From Cyanophyceae cyanobacterium (GTDB lineage Bacteria > Cyanobacteriota > Cyanobacteriia > Cyanobacteriales > JBHJGN01): a stretch of 37,382 bases of DNA. The notes beneath the pieces are model-generated. The model was not told the DNA's origin and did not search any database. It worked only from the letters and a program-made list of their open reading frames with translations. Below, piece after piece: positions 17,237 through 26,479 of the stretch. The stretch spans positions 1 to 37,382 of the forward strand of contig JBHJGN010000038.1 of the NCBI GenBank assembly GCA_050331735.1, given 5' to 3'. Numbering within the stretch: position 1 is the stretch's first letter; each line of letters opens with the position of its first letter. The position numbers and the translations under genes are program-made.

Positions 17237-18451
17237 ATGAGCTTAAGCTGGATTAACCGCGCTGATCGCCTTTCTGCCCTGCCTCCCTATGTGTTCGCTC
17301 GTCTCGACGAACTGAAAGCCCGCGCCCGCGAACAGGGCCTCGATCTGATCGATTTGGGCATGGGCAACCCCGATGGCGCTGCTCCTCAGCCTGTGGTCGA
17401 GGCAGCGATCGCCGCTTTGGCTAATCCCGATAATCATGGCTATCCTCCCTTTGAAGGCACAGCAAGCTTTCGCACGGCCATTACTCAGTGGTATGAGCGC
17501 TGCTACGACGTGACGTTAAATCCTGATAGCGAAGCTTTACCGCTGCTTGGCTCCAAGGAAGGACTAAGCCATCTGGCTTTAGCCTACGTCAATCCCGGCG
17601 ATCTCGTGCTCGTTCCTAGTCCAGCCTATCCGGCTCACTTTCGCGGACCCCTGATTGCTGGAGGAGAACTTTATCCCCTGATTCTCAAAGCCGAACAGGA
17701 CTGGCTGATTGACTTAGCCGCGATTCCCGAGGATGTCGCTCAGCGGGCGAAGATTCTTTACTTCAACTATCCCAATAACCCGACAACCGCTACCGCGCCG
17801 CGAGAGTTCTTTGCCGATATGGTCGCGTTTGCCCGTCGCTACGAAATTTTGCTGGTTCACGATCTCTGCTATGCCGAACTAGCCTTTGACGGCTACCAGC
17901 CGACTAGTTTACTGGAACTGCCAGGGGCAAAAGAGATTGGCGTTGAGTTTCATACTCTGTCTAAAACCTACAATATGGCCGGCTGGCGCGTCGGCTTTGT
18001 GGTCGGTAATTCAGACATTATTCAGGGATTGCGGACTCTGAAAACAAACCTAGATTACGGGATCTTCGCCGCCATTCAAACGGCTGCCCAAACGGCTCTT
18101 CAGCTACCGGATATTTACATCAAACAGGTGCAGGAACGCTACCGCCAGCGCCGGGACTTTCTCATCGAGGGGCTAGCAGAACTGGGTTGGCAAGTTCCCC
18201 CCTCTAAGGCCACCATGTATCTGTGGGTTCCTTGTCCAGTCGGACAAAGCTCGACCGATTTCGCCCTAGACGTTTTGCAAAACACTGGAGTGGTCGTTAC
18301 TCCTGGCAATGCCTTCGGCGAGGCGGGGGAAGGATACGTCCGCATTAGCCTGATTGCCGAGTGCGATCGCCTCGGAGAAGCGCTCCAGCGCTTCAAGCAA
18401 GCAGGAATTCAGTATTCTAAACGAGAAGTCGGTCACTCTGCCATCAGATAG
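17237..18451 (+). CDS. Class I/II PLP aminotransferase (aspartate / LL-diaminopimelate aminotransferase-like)
   Basis: DLGMGNPD, LLGSKEG, NYPNNPT, HDLCY, SKTYNMAGWRVG. Confidence 0.9.
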   Translation: MSLSWINRADRLSALPPYVFARLDELKARAREQGLDLIDLGMGNPDGAAPQPVVEAAIAALANPDNHGYPPFEGTASFRTAITQWYERCYDVTLNPDSEALPLLGSKEGLSHLALAYVNPGDLVLVPSPAYPAHFRGPLIAGGELYPLILKAEQDWLIDLAAIPEDVAQRAKILYFNYPNNPTTATAPREFFADMVAFARRYEILLVHDLCYAELAFDGYQPTSLLELPGAKEIGVEFHTLSKTYNMAGWRVGFVVGNSDIIQGLRTLKTNLDYGIFAAIQTAAQTALQLPDIYIKQVQERYRQRRDFLIEGLAELGWQVPPSKATMYLWVPCPVGQSSTDFALDVLQNTGVVVTPGNAFGEAGEGYVRISLIAECDRLGEALQRFKQAGIQYSKREVGHSAIR

Positions 18452-18568
18452 CTAGCTGCCCTTTTCCCCTTACTCCTGCCCTTGCCTCCCCCCGAGTCCC
18501 CCATTTCAACCGCGTAGTTTTCTGCTAATATCTTAGAGAAAGTTTAAGATTCGTAAATAAAATAATCA

Positions 18569-19546
18569 ATGAATGTATTGATAGTCGGTGCTACAGGCAC
18601 TTTGGGAAGACAAGTCGCTCGTCGCGCTCTTGATCGAGGCTATCACGTGCGCTGTTTAGTACGAAATTTAAGAAAAGCAGCTTTTTTAAAGGAATGGGGG
18701 GCAGAACTGGTTAAAGGAGATCTTTGTAATGCTGACACATTTACCTTAGCTCTAGAAGGAATTGAGGCCGTTATTGATGCAGCAACAGCAAGAGCAACCG
18801 ATTCTTTAAGCATTAAGCAGGTTGATTGGGAAGGCAAAGTGAAGCTGATTCAGGCTGCTAAGGCCGCAGAAATCAAGCAATACGTCTTTTTCTCTTTCCT
18901 GGATGCCGAGAAGTATCCCGATGTACCTTTATTAGAGATTAAACGCTGTACCGAGCTTTTCCTAGCAGAATCAGGACTCAACTATACCGTTCTGCATCTC
19001 TGCGGTTTTATGCAGGGGTTGATTGGCCAGTACGCCATTCCAATTCTGGACAATCAGGCAGTCTGGGTGACCGGAGAAAGCACTCCAGTTGCCTATATGG
19101 ATACCCAAGATGTTGCTAAATTTGCCGTTCGTGCCCTAGAAGTTCCCGAAACCCAACAACAAAGTTTTCCCGTTGTCGGAACTCGCGCTTGGGGAGCTTA
19201 CGAAATTATCAATCTCTGCGAGCGGCTATCGGGACGAGAGGCCAAGATTTCTCGGTTGCCGTTGGGTTTTTTGCGGGGAATGCGTCGCTTAACTCGTTTT
19301 TTCCAGTGGAGCCGCAACGCTTCTGACCGCTTAGCCTTTGCCGAGGTCTTAGCGAGCGGAAAGTCCCTAGATGCGCCGATGGAAGAGGTGTACCAGGTGT
19401 TTGGGCTAGACCCGCAAGAAACGACCACTTTAGAGACGTACATGCGGGAATACTTCAACCGGATTTTGAAGAAGCTCAAAGAAATAGACTACGAGAAAAA
19501 CAAGAACAAAAAGAAAAAGAAAACGCCCTTCAAATCCAAATCCTAA
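18569..19546 (+). CDS. ycf39: Ycf39-like atypical SDR, PSII assembly factor
   Basis: GATGTLGRQVARRAL, AAFLKEWGAELV, GLIGQYAIPILDNQ, DRLAFAEV. Lies upstream of NAD kinase, as in other cyanobacteria. Confidence 0.88.
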   Translation: MNVLIVGATGTLGRQVARRALDRGYHVRCLVRNLRKAAFLKEWGAELVKGDLCNADTFTLALEGIEAVIDAATARATDSLSIKQVDWEGKVKLIQAAKAAEIKQYVFFSFLDAEKYPDVPLLEIKRCTELFLAESGLNYTVLHLCGFMQGLIGQYAIPILDNQAVWVTGESTPVAYMDTQDVAKFAVRALEVPETQQQSFPVVGTRAWGAYEIINLCERLSGREAKISRLPLGFLRGMRRLTRFFQWSRNASDRLAFAEVLASGKSLDAPMEEVYQVFGLDPQETTTLETYMREYFNRILKKLKEIDYEKNKNKKKKKTPFKSKS

Positions 19547-19547
19547 T

Positions 19548-19701
19548 GCGCCGGGGGCGCGGGGAAAAGGGCGCAATGATTGATTTTATGCCTCACTCTG
19601 TGTTCTTTCTTCGTTGCGCACCGAACTACTTTCCCTGACCCCCTTTCCCGTTCCGGAGGAACAGATTTTCCTTTCCCCGTCCCGCACCGGACAGTAGGGA
19701 C
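19548..19701. repeat. Modular purine/pyrimidine repeat, copy B
   Basis: GCGCCGGGGGCGC cap, GGGGAAAAGGG, and TTTCCCGTTCCGGAGGAACAGATTTTCC resembling copy A. Confidence 0.65.
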
Positions 19702-19741
19702 CGATAAAATTAATCCATTGGACTAGACAGGATAAATAGCT

Positions 19742-20659
19742 GTGCCGAAAGCAGGCATTATTTATAACGATGAAAAACCAATAGCGTGTAGAGTCGCGCT
19801 AGAGCTGAAGAATGATTTAGTGGCTCGTGGTTGGCAAGTTTATACCGAAACAGGCTACGGGGGAATTTTAGGCTATTCCCGTCCAGACCATCCTGTTTGT
19901 CATACTCGTATCGAGCACATTACTCCCCCTCAATTTCAGCAAGACTTAGCTTTTGCCGTTGTTTTAGGAGGAGACGGCACCGTTTTAGCCGCAACTCGGC
20001 AGCTAGCTCCCTGTGGAATTCCTCTACTGACGGTTAACACAGGGCATATGGGCTTTCTAACAGAAATCTATTTGAGTCAGCTACCGATGGCGCTGGAGCA
20101 GTTAATCGCTCAAGACTACCAAGTTGAGGAGCGCTCGCTGCTGACGGTTAGAGTGTATCGTGAAGAGGCGCTGCTGTGGGAGGCTCTTTGCCTCAACGAG
20201 ATGGTGCTGCATCGAGAACCGCTAACGAGTATGTGCCACTTTGAAGTGAAGATTGGGAGACATGCTCCGGTTGACATCGCGGCAGACGGCATTATCGTTT
20301 CTACTCCCACCGGCTCAACCGCCTATTCTCTGAGCGCGGGCGGTCCCGTTTTAACTCCCGATATCCCGGTACTGCAGCTAGCACCAATTTGCCCCCATTC
20401 CCTAGCCTCGCGCGCTTTAGTGTTTTCGGACACCGAACCGGTTAACATTTATCCGGCGACTCCTAACCAGATGGTGCTGGTGGTAGACGGCAACGGCGGC
20501 TGCTATATTTTACCTGAAGATCGGGTACATGTAGAGCGATCGCCTTATCTAGCTCGGTTTATTCGCTTGCAGCCTCCTGAGTTCTTTCGAATTCTGCGAG
20601 AAAAGCTAGGCTGGGGTCTTCCCCACATTGCTAAGCCTACTTCCGTAGAACTTCCCTAA
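19742..20659 (+). CDS. nadK: NAD(+) kinase
   Basis: [37 protein letters not shown]. Confidence 0.96.
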   Translation: MPKAGIIYNDEKPIACRVALELKNDLVARGWQVYTETGYGGILGYSRPDHPVCHTRIEHITPPQFQQDLAFAVVLGGDGTVLAATRQLAPCGIPLLTVNTGHMGFLTEIYLSQLPMALEQLIAQDYQVEERSLLTVRVYREEALLWEALCLNEMVLHREPLTSMCHFEVKIGRHAPVDIAADGIIVSTPTGSTAYSLSAGGPVLTPDIPVLQLAPICPHSLASRALVFSDTEPVNIYPATPNQMVLVVDGNGGCYILPEDRVHVERSPYLARFIRLQPPEFFRILREKLGWGLPHIAKPTSVELP

Positions 20660-20841
20660 AGAAAAGCTATTAGCTACTGGCGAGGAGCTTTTAGCTAACT
20701 AGCGGTTCTCTGTAAGAGCCAGTGTCCTTTATGCCCTCTTTTTCGTGGGCTGTCGTTTATAAACGAAAAATAGCTATGGCGGTTTTCAAGTGAATGAGCT
20801 ACATTTTTACAGCCTAGATATGTGCTCACTGTTCATTGTTC

Positions 20842-21531
20842 ATGATGCCTATGGCTTCCGCTTCCTGTGTGCTGCTTGTCAAAACCGATGAAGTTTGGAC
20901 TCGACGAGCTAGAACTGACTTAGAAGAAGTTGGCTATGCGGTTGTCGCTGCGACCGATATTAGTCAGGGACTGCACCAATTTAATGAGCTTCACCCCGTT
21001 ATGGTCGTAATCGACTACGTTTTAGCCGGGGACTCGGGACTTAATTTTTGCCGTCAGCTGAGAAATCGAGGAACCCGTCTCCCCATTTTGATGCTGGTTG
21101 AGCAAGAAACGGTTAATGAACGAGTCGCTTGTCTAGAATCTGGGGCGGACGACTATATGGCCAAACCCTATCATGCGAAAGCGTTTATTCAGCTCGTTAA
21201 CTTTTACCTGCAGCCAGTAGAAACGGCGAAGGAACAGCTTCGTTTTGGAGGTCTATCTTTGGACCTGACCACTCGCCGCGCCATTCGCGGGGGTCAAGCA
21301 ATTGACCTCACGATGAAAGAGTACGAACTTTTAAAATACCTCATTTCTCACCCCCGAGAAGTCTTGACCAGAGAACAGATTTTGGAGAACGTTTGGGGCT
21401 ACAATTTCGGCGGAGAATCAAACGTCATCGAAGTGTATATTCGCTATTTGCGTCTCAAAATAGAGCAGGAGGGACAAAAGCGACTGATTCACACGGTTAG
21501 AGGCGTTGGTTATGTGTTGCGAGAAGGGTAG
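20842..21531 (+). CDS. nblR: NblR-like atypical OmpR-family response regulator
   Basis: Degenerate receiver (LLVKTD, MLVEQE lacking the conserved Thr), RVACLESGADDY, GESNVIEVYIRYLRLK, and nadK-nblR-DUF192 synteny. Confidence 0.8.
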   Translation: MMPMASASCVLLVKTDEVWTRRARTDLEEVGYAVVAATDISQGLHQFNELHPVMVVIDYVLAGDSGLNFCRQLRNRGTRLPILMLVEQETVNERVACLESGADDYMAKPYHAKAFIQLVNFYLQPVETAKEQLRFGGLSLDLTTRRAIRGGQAIDLTMKEYELLKYLISHPREVLTREQILENVWGYNFGGESNVIEVYIRYLRLKIEQEGQKRLIHTVRGVGYVLREG

Positions 21532-21568
21532 GCGATGACCGGTGATAACTTTGACGAATTTCTATGGT

Positions 21569-22063
21569 ATGAGAAAAGTACTGAGTGCAATTGTCGTTTT
21601 TGGTTTGTTGCTGGGCTGTTCTAGTCAGCAGGCTGAGTTAGCTCCAGCGCCGGTATCTGAGGTGAGAGAACAGGGTCAAATGCTGCCAGTAAGCGCGACA
21701 GTGCGATTGGGAAACGAACAAATAGAGCTAGAAGTTGCCCAATCTCCTCAACAGCAGGCTATGGGGTTGATGTATCGGGAGTTTTTGCCTCCTCATCGAG
21801 GAATGCTGTTTCCGTTTGAGGAGTTACGCCTAGCTCGCTTCTGGATGAAAAACGTGAGGATTCCTCTGGATATGGTATTTCTGCGGGACGGCGAAATCCA
21901 GGCCATTTTTGCCGATGTTCCTCCCTGTACGACGACTCCCTGTCCCACCTACGGTCCGCCTATGCCGGTGAATCAAGTCATCGAACTGCCGGGGGGAAGA
22001 GCGGCTGAACTCGGGCTACAGGCGGGTGATCGCGTTACTATTGAATTTTTAGCTCCTGAATAA
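21569..22063 (+). CDS. DUF192 family lipoprotein
   Basis: LLGC lipobox, GLMYR, GMLFPF, FWMKNV.IPLDMVF, VIELPGG. Confidence 0.9.
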   Translation: MRKVLSAIVVFGLLLGCSSQQAELAPAPVSEVREQGQMLPVSATVRLGNEQIELEVAQSPQQQAMGLMYREFLPPHRGMLFPFEELRLARFWMKNVRIPLDMVFLRDGEIQAIFADVPPCTTTPCPTYGPPMPVNQVIELPGGRAAELGLQAGDRVTIEFLAPE

Positions 22064-22067
22064 AGTG

Positions 22068-22076
22068 TGATATGTT
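22068..22076 (+). promoter_or_regulatory. Possible extended -10 promoter
   Basis: TG-A-TATGTT just after the DUF192 stop codon, at the head of a long non-coding region. Confidence 0.3.
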
Positions 22077-22690
22077 AAAGTGTTAGGACTTCCTGAGGCG
22101 CGAGGAACAGCGATGGTCCTTTCGAGGGCTTAATCTTCATCAGTCTGGATCGAAAAAAGCACAATAATACCCCTGCAGATAGAACCTCCAGCAGACTCTT
22201 TAATATTATTCTTGATGTCATTGAAGGGGTTCTGCCGTTCGTAGTCATTTTGTCGAATTTTTGGTGTGAGACTGACCCGATTGCAGTCGGCTGCAGCAGT
22301 TTTACTGCTTGAGCGGACTTGCTGATTTGGATAGTCGTAGATATCAGAAAGTAGGCTCGGGAAAGATCCCTGCGGAAGGCTTTTTGACTACGAAGTGTTA
22401 CTAGCTTACGTCATAGTACAGACTGCTGCCCCTCGCGCAGTAAAAATGCCAATACGACCCTACCCATTGTTGGCAGCGTTATCGAGGCAGGAACAGCCAA
22501 TTGTCGGTCATCATCCTGTCCCTGCTGCTGATCGCAGTCGGCAATGAGCCGTAACGAAAATGTACCCTCTCAGTTCCGATTCGGGGTAGTTTAACGTTTA
22601 GAGGTTTGCTTGAAACAATCCCCCGGCTGTTGTGAGCCAGCTTAATCTAAAATTAATACTTATTTTTAATAAATTAGCTTTTTACGGCCA

Positions 22691-22891
22691 ATGATACCGA
22701 TGTCTCCTGGCACCTATTCTCGTTTTCTTCGCTTCTTAGAGCAAGAACTGTCGCTTTCTCGCGATTCAATTGCGATCGCCCTCCGCTCGTCGCAGCAAAA
22801 CCCAGGACCACTGCCAATGATTCTCTGGCAGTATGGGTTAGTGACGCTTGAGGAGCTCGACCGGATTTATGACTGGCTTGAACAGGCCTAG
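22691..22891 (+). CDS. DUF2949 family protein (copy 2)
   Basis: FLRFLEQELSLSRDSIAIALR...PLPMILWQYGLVTLEELDRIYDWL. Confidence 0.88.
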   Translation: MIPMSPGTYSRFLRFLEQELSLSRDSIAIALRSSQQNPGPLPMILWQYGLVTLEELDRIYDWLEQA

Positions 22892-22980
22892 GAACGCTTT
22901 TACCTCCCTTGAGTACGCTTGTTCTAGAACTAGAGTTTCTTGGAAAATTCGTGTGTTAAATCCTCGAAGGCTAAACGAAT

Positions 22981-23005
22981 GCGGGTCGTGAATCGGCCCG
23001 CTTTT
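22981..23005 (+). terminator. Rho-independent terminator
   Basis: GCGGGTCG-TGAAT-CGGCCCGC followed by TTTT. Confidence 0.7.
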
Positions 23006-23042
23006 ATTATGACCTATTCTTGTTACCTTTGCTCCTATTTTT

Positions 23043-23966
23043 ATGACAAACTTAGTGCTGATGGATCATGATGGTGCCATCGACGACTTTTTGGCAATGA
23101 TGCTGCTCCTGACTATGGAGTGCCAGACTGCTGGAATTGTGGTGACTCCGGCTGATTGCTATGTTGAAGCCGCTGTCAGCGTCACGCGCAAAATTCTTGC
23201 TTTGATGCAGCGAGAGGAAGTCCCAGTTGCTAAAAGTACAGTGCGAGGGCTAAATCCTTTCCCGGCCAGCTTCCGCCGGGATTCGATTGTCATCGACCAC
23301 TTTCCGATTTTGAATGAGCGGCAGACTAGGCCAACGCTCGTAGAAGAGAGCGGTCCTGTATTTATGGCGCAAACGCTCCAGCAAGCCGCAGAACGTGTGA
23401 CTTTATTAGTGACTGGTCCGCTCACAACGGTAGCAGCCGCCCTGGAGCGAATGCCCGCGATTGCTCACAGAATTGCACGAATCGTGTGGATGGGAGGAGC
23501 ACTGACCGTTCCTGGAAACGTAGCCAAGGCTTTTGCCCCAGAACACGACGGTTCAGCAGAATGGAATGTCTTTTGGGATCCAATCGCGGCGGGCAAGGTT
23601 TGGCAAACCGACATTCCCCTCGTCCTTTGCCCCCTAGATATTACGAACACGGTGCCTGTAACCGCAGAATTTGCCGTTCAATTTGCCGAACGGCGACGCT
23701 TTCCTCTCTGCGATTTGGCCGGATTGTGCTATGCCCTGGCCATGCCCCAAGACTATTACTGCTGGGATGTCTTAGCGACAGCATATCTCGCTCGCCCCGA
23801 ACTATATCAAGTCCAAGAGCGGGAGACAAGCATTGTCACCACTGGAACCAGTCAAGGTCGCGTGAAGCTCGAATCTGGTGGACGAAAGGTGTTAGTGATG
23901 GAATCTGTCGAGAAAGAACAGTTTTGTTCCTATCTTCTCGAGCAGTTTACGTCTGCTCGTCTCTAG
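23043..23966 (+). CDS. Nucleoside hydrolase (IU-NH family)
   Basis: DHDGAIDD, TGPLT, WMGG, GNV, AEWNVFWDP, PLD, WD motifs. Confidence 0.93.
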   Translation: MTNLVLMDHDGAIDDFLAMMLLLTMECQTAGIVVTPADCYVEAAVSVTRKILALMQREEVPVAKSTVRGLNPFPASFRRDSIVIDHFPILNERQTRPTLVEESGPVFMAQTLQQAAERVTLLVTGPLTTVAAALERMPAIAHRIARIVWMGGALTVPGNVAKAFAPEHDGSAEWNVFWDPIAAGKVWQTDIPLVLCPLDITNTVPVTAEFAVQFAERRRFPLCDLAGLCYALAMPQDYYCWDVLATAYLARPELYQVQERETSIVTTGTSQGRVKLESGGRKVLVMESVEKEQFCSYLLEQFTSARL

Positions 23967-23974
23967 AATATTGT

Positions 23975-24166
23975 TTATGCCCGCTTCAAATCTCCTCGCT
24001 CTGCTTTATTATCGTCTAGCATCTGAGGCGTGACAGCAGGGTTATCCACAACTTCTTCCGGTTTTTTTTCGGTAATGTAGTCTGGCTTAATGGTTAAATC
24101 TCGCGGATCTGCAATTTCAGGTTGCTCGGCATGCTGCTGAGAATTGGGTTCGGAGTTAACAGTCAT
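23975..24166 (-). CDS. Small acidic hypothetical protein (63 aa)
   Basis: MTVNSEPNSQQHAEQPEIADPRDL...NPAVTPQMLDD... The ATG at 24166 avoids overlap with the next gene. Confidence 0.55.
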   Translation of the reverse strand: MTVNSEPNSQQHAEQPEIADPRDLTIKPDYITEKKPEEVVDNPAVTPQMLDDNKAERGDLKRA

Positions 24167-24337
24167 AAACAGTAATCTTGCTGCGGACCAGTTCAGCATA
24201 GGAGATGAAGCTCGCCCAACTAAACTATCTTCAGGTAGATCTCGCTTCCCAATCTTTATCAACTCTTTAACATCCGCTTCTCCCCTTCCTGGGAATTTTG
24301 TAGAAGAATAGAAAAGATTGTTTGCAGTACAAACTGG

Positions 24338-26389
24338 ATGAAACTTGAGCTTAAACGTGAAATTTGTCGCCATGTTGCCCACTCTCAGCGACGAGAGTGG
24401 CTGGTCACTAATGGAATTGGCGGTTATGCCTCTGGAACAGTAGCTGGCTTGGTAACGCGAGGATATCACGGATGGCTCGTCGCCGCTCTCGAACCTCCCC
24501 TCAAGCGAACGGTGTTGTTAACTAAAATTGATGAGACGGCCTGGTACGACGGCTCGTTTTATCCTCTCTTTGCCAACTGCTGGGCAGATGGAACCGTAGA
24601 GCCCCAGGCTCATGCCCCCTGTGAATTCTACCTAGAAGGTACCGTCCCAGTATGGCGTTACGCTTTGGCCGATGCTCAGCTAGAAAAAAGGATTTGGATG
24701 CAGCAGGGAGCGAATACAACCTACGTACGCTACTCGCTGCAGCGGGGAAGTAAGCCACTTTATTTGTCCCTAAAAGCCCTGGTGAACTATCGCAGCTATC
24801 ACAGCAGAACAAAAGCGCAAGGCTGGCAGATGAACATCGAGTCTACCGGACGCGGCGTCAGAGTGGTTGCTTTTCCAGAAGCAACTCCCCTCTATCTATT
24901 GGCAGACCGGGGAGAAACCTGCATCGTCAATGAGTGGCACTACGGGTTCAAGCTAGTGAGCGAACGCCAGCGGGGCTTAGATGACCTAGACGACAACCTC
25001 CACGCCGCTACCTTGGCAGCTACGCTTGAGCCAGGAGACTCGTTAACCTTGGTCGCTAGCACCCAGAGTACTCCGGTCAATGGAGCAGCACGGTTCGCCC
25101 AACGGCAAGCTGAGGAGAAAAAGTTGCTCGCAACCTGGCAAACGGCTTACCCAATAGCCGAACAAGCACCAGCATGGATTAAACATTTGGTTCTGGCCGC
25201 AGACCAATTTATTGTTGACCGTCCGCTGCCCGACCGCCAAAGGGGGAAAACTATGATCGCGGGCTATCACTGGTTTACCGACTGGGGCAGAGATACCACG
25301 ATTAGTCTGCCAGGATTAACGCTAGCGACAGGTCGCTGGGATGTAGCGCGGTTGATTTTGAAAACGTTTGCTCAGTATATTGACCGGGGAATGCTGCCCA
25401 ACTATTTTCCGGACCCGGAGAATGGCACGACGTTAAGCAACGCGGCCTACAATACAGTGGATGCTACGCTGTGGTATTTTGAAGCCATTCGAGCTTATCA
25501 TGTTTTAACAGAGGACGATGAGCTGCTCCAAGAACTGTTTCCTGTCCTCGCTGAAATTATTGATTGGCACTGTCAGGGAACCCGCTACAACATTCAGCTA
25601 GATCTCAACGACGGACTGCTCTACGCTGGCAAAGCCGGAGTCCAGCTTACCTGGATGGATGTAAAGGTCGACGACTGGGTGGTAACGCCGCGCATCGGCA
25701 AACCCGTTGAGGTTAATGCCCTGTGGTACAATGCGCTACGAGCCATGTCTCAGTTTGCTCAGCGCTTGGGAAGATTTCATCAGCAGTATGAAGCGATCGC
25801 ACAAACAACCCGGAAAGGGTTTCGACGCTTTTGGAGTCAGCAGCATCACTACTGCTTTGATGTCTTAGACGGTCCCGACGGCGATGATGCTACTCTGCGC
25901 CCTAACCAAATTTTTGCCGTCTCGCTCCCGGAATCTCCGCTTTCTGCTGACCAACAGCGACAAATAGTAGCGGTGTGCGAACGGGAGCTACTGACCCCCT
26001 ACGGCTTACGCAGCCTCGCTCCTAGACATCCTCAGTACCAAGGATACTACGATGGTGATCGCCACCAGCGAGACGGAGCCTATCATCAGGGAACCGCCTG
26101 GGCTTGGCTCATCGGTCCCTTTGTCATCGCTCATCTACGAGTGTACAACGATCCGGCACGAGCGCGTCAGTTCTTAGAGCCGATGGCCCACCATCTCTGT
26201 GACGCGGGAGTTGGCAGCATCAGCGAAATTTTTGACGGCAATGCTCCATTTAAGCCCAAAGGATGCATCGCGCAAGCCTGGTCAGTGGCAGAAGTGTTGA
26301 GAGCGTGGTTGGCTACTCAAAGCGCCGACGGTGCCGGGAGAGCGCCGCAGGCGCAGGGAGGGGAAAGGGCAAAGGGGAAGGGAGGATGA
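24338..26389 (+). CDS. Glycogen debranching enzyme-like amylo-alpha-1,6-glucosidase (GDE_N/GDE_C)
   Basis: REWLVTNGIGGYASGT, AGYHWFTDWGRDT, LTWMD, GKPVEVNALWYNAL, RPNQIFA, YHQGTAW, ISEIFDG, QAWSVAE. Confidence 0.93.
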   Translation: MKLELKREICRHVAHSQRREWLVTNGIGGYASGTVAGLVTRGYHGWLVAALEPPLKRTVLLTKIDETAWYDGSFYPLFANCWADGTVEPQAHAPCEFYLEGTVPVWRYALADAQLEKRIWMQQGANTTYVRYSLQRGSKPLYLSLKALVNYRSYHSRTKAQGWQMNIESTGRGVRVVAFPEATPLYLLADRGETCIVNEWHYGFKLVSERQRGLDDLDDNLHAATLAATLEPGDSLTLVASTQSTPVNGAARFAQRQAEEKKLLATWQTAYPIAEQAPAWIKHLVLAADQFIVDRPLPDRQRGKTMIAGYHWFTDWGRDTTISLPGLTLATGRWDVARLILKTFAQYIDRGMLPNYFPDPENGTTLSNAAYNTVDATLWYFEAIRAYHVLTEDDELLQELFPVLAEIIDWHCQGTRYNIQLDLNDGLLYAGKAGVQLTWMDVKVDDWVVTPRIGKPVEVNALWYNALRAMSQFAQRLGRFHQQYEAIAQTTRKGFRRFWSQQHHYCFDVLDGPDGDDATLRPNQIFAVSLPESPLSADQQRQIVAVCERELLTPYGLRSLAPRHPQYQGYYDGDRHQRDGAYHQGTAWAWLIGPFVIAHLRVYNDPARARQFLEPMAHHLCDAGVGSISEIFDGNAPFKPKGCIAQAWSVAEVLRAWLATQSADGAGRAPQAQGGERAKGKGG

Positions 26390-26470
26390 AAAGTTTGTTC
26401 TCTAGCCCCAGGTTCTTTCCCGTTCCCCGTCGCCAAGCGACTGATTTTCCTGTTACCGTTCTAGAGGAAC
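26342..26470. repeat. Modular purine/pyrimidine repeat, copy C
   Basis: GCGCCGCAGGCGC, AGGGCAAAGGGGAAGGG, TTGTTCTCTAGCCCCAGGTTCTTTCCC, and GTCGC-CAA-GCGAC. Overlaps the end of the debranching gene. Confidence 0.7.
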
Positions 26471-26479
26471 CCGACCGCC

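Noticed and set aside
22075..22221. 48-codon minus-strand ORF (MTSRIILKSLLEVLSAG...) in the long intergenic region
   Set aside because: No clear RBS or family motif, and the length is expected by chance. It cannot be excluded without Ribo-seq.
22551..22565. GTA...TAC as an NtcA site
   Set aside because: Spacing is N9 rather than the required N8.
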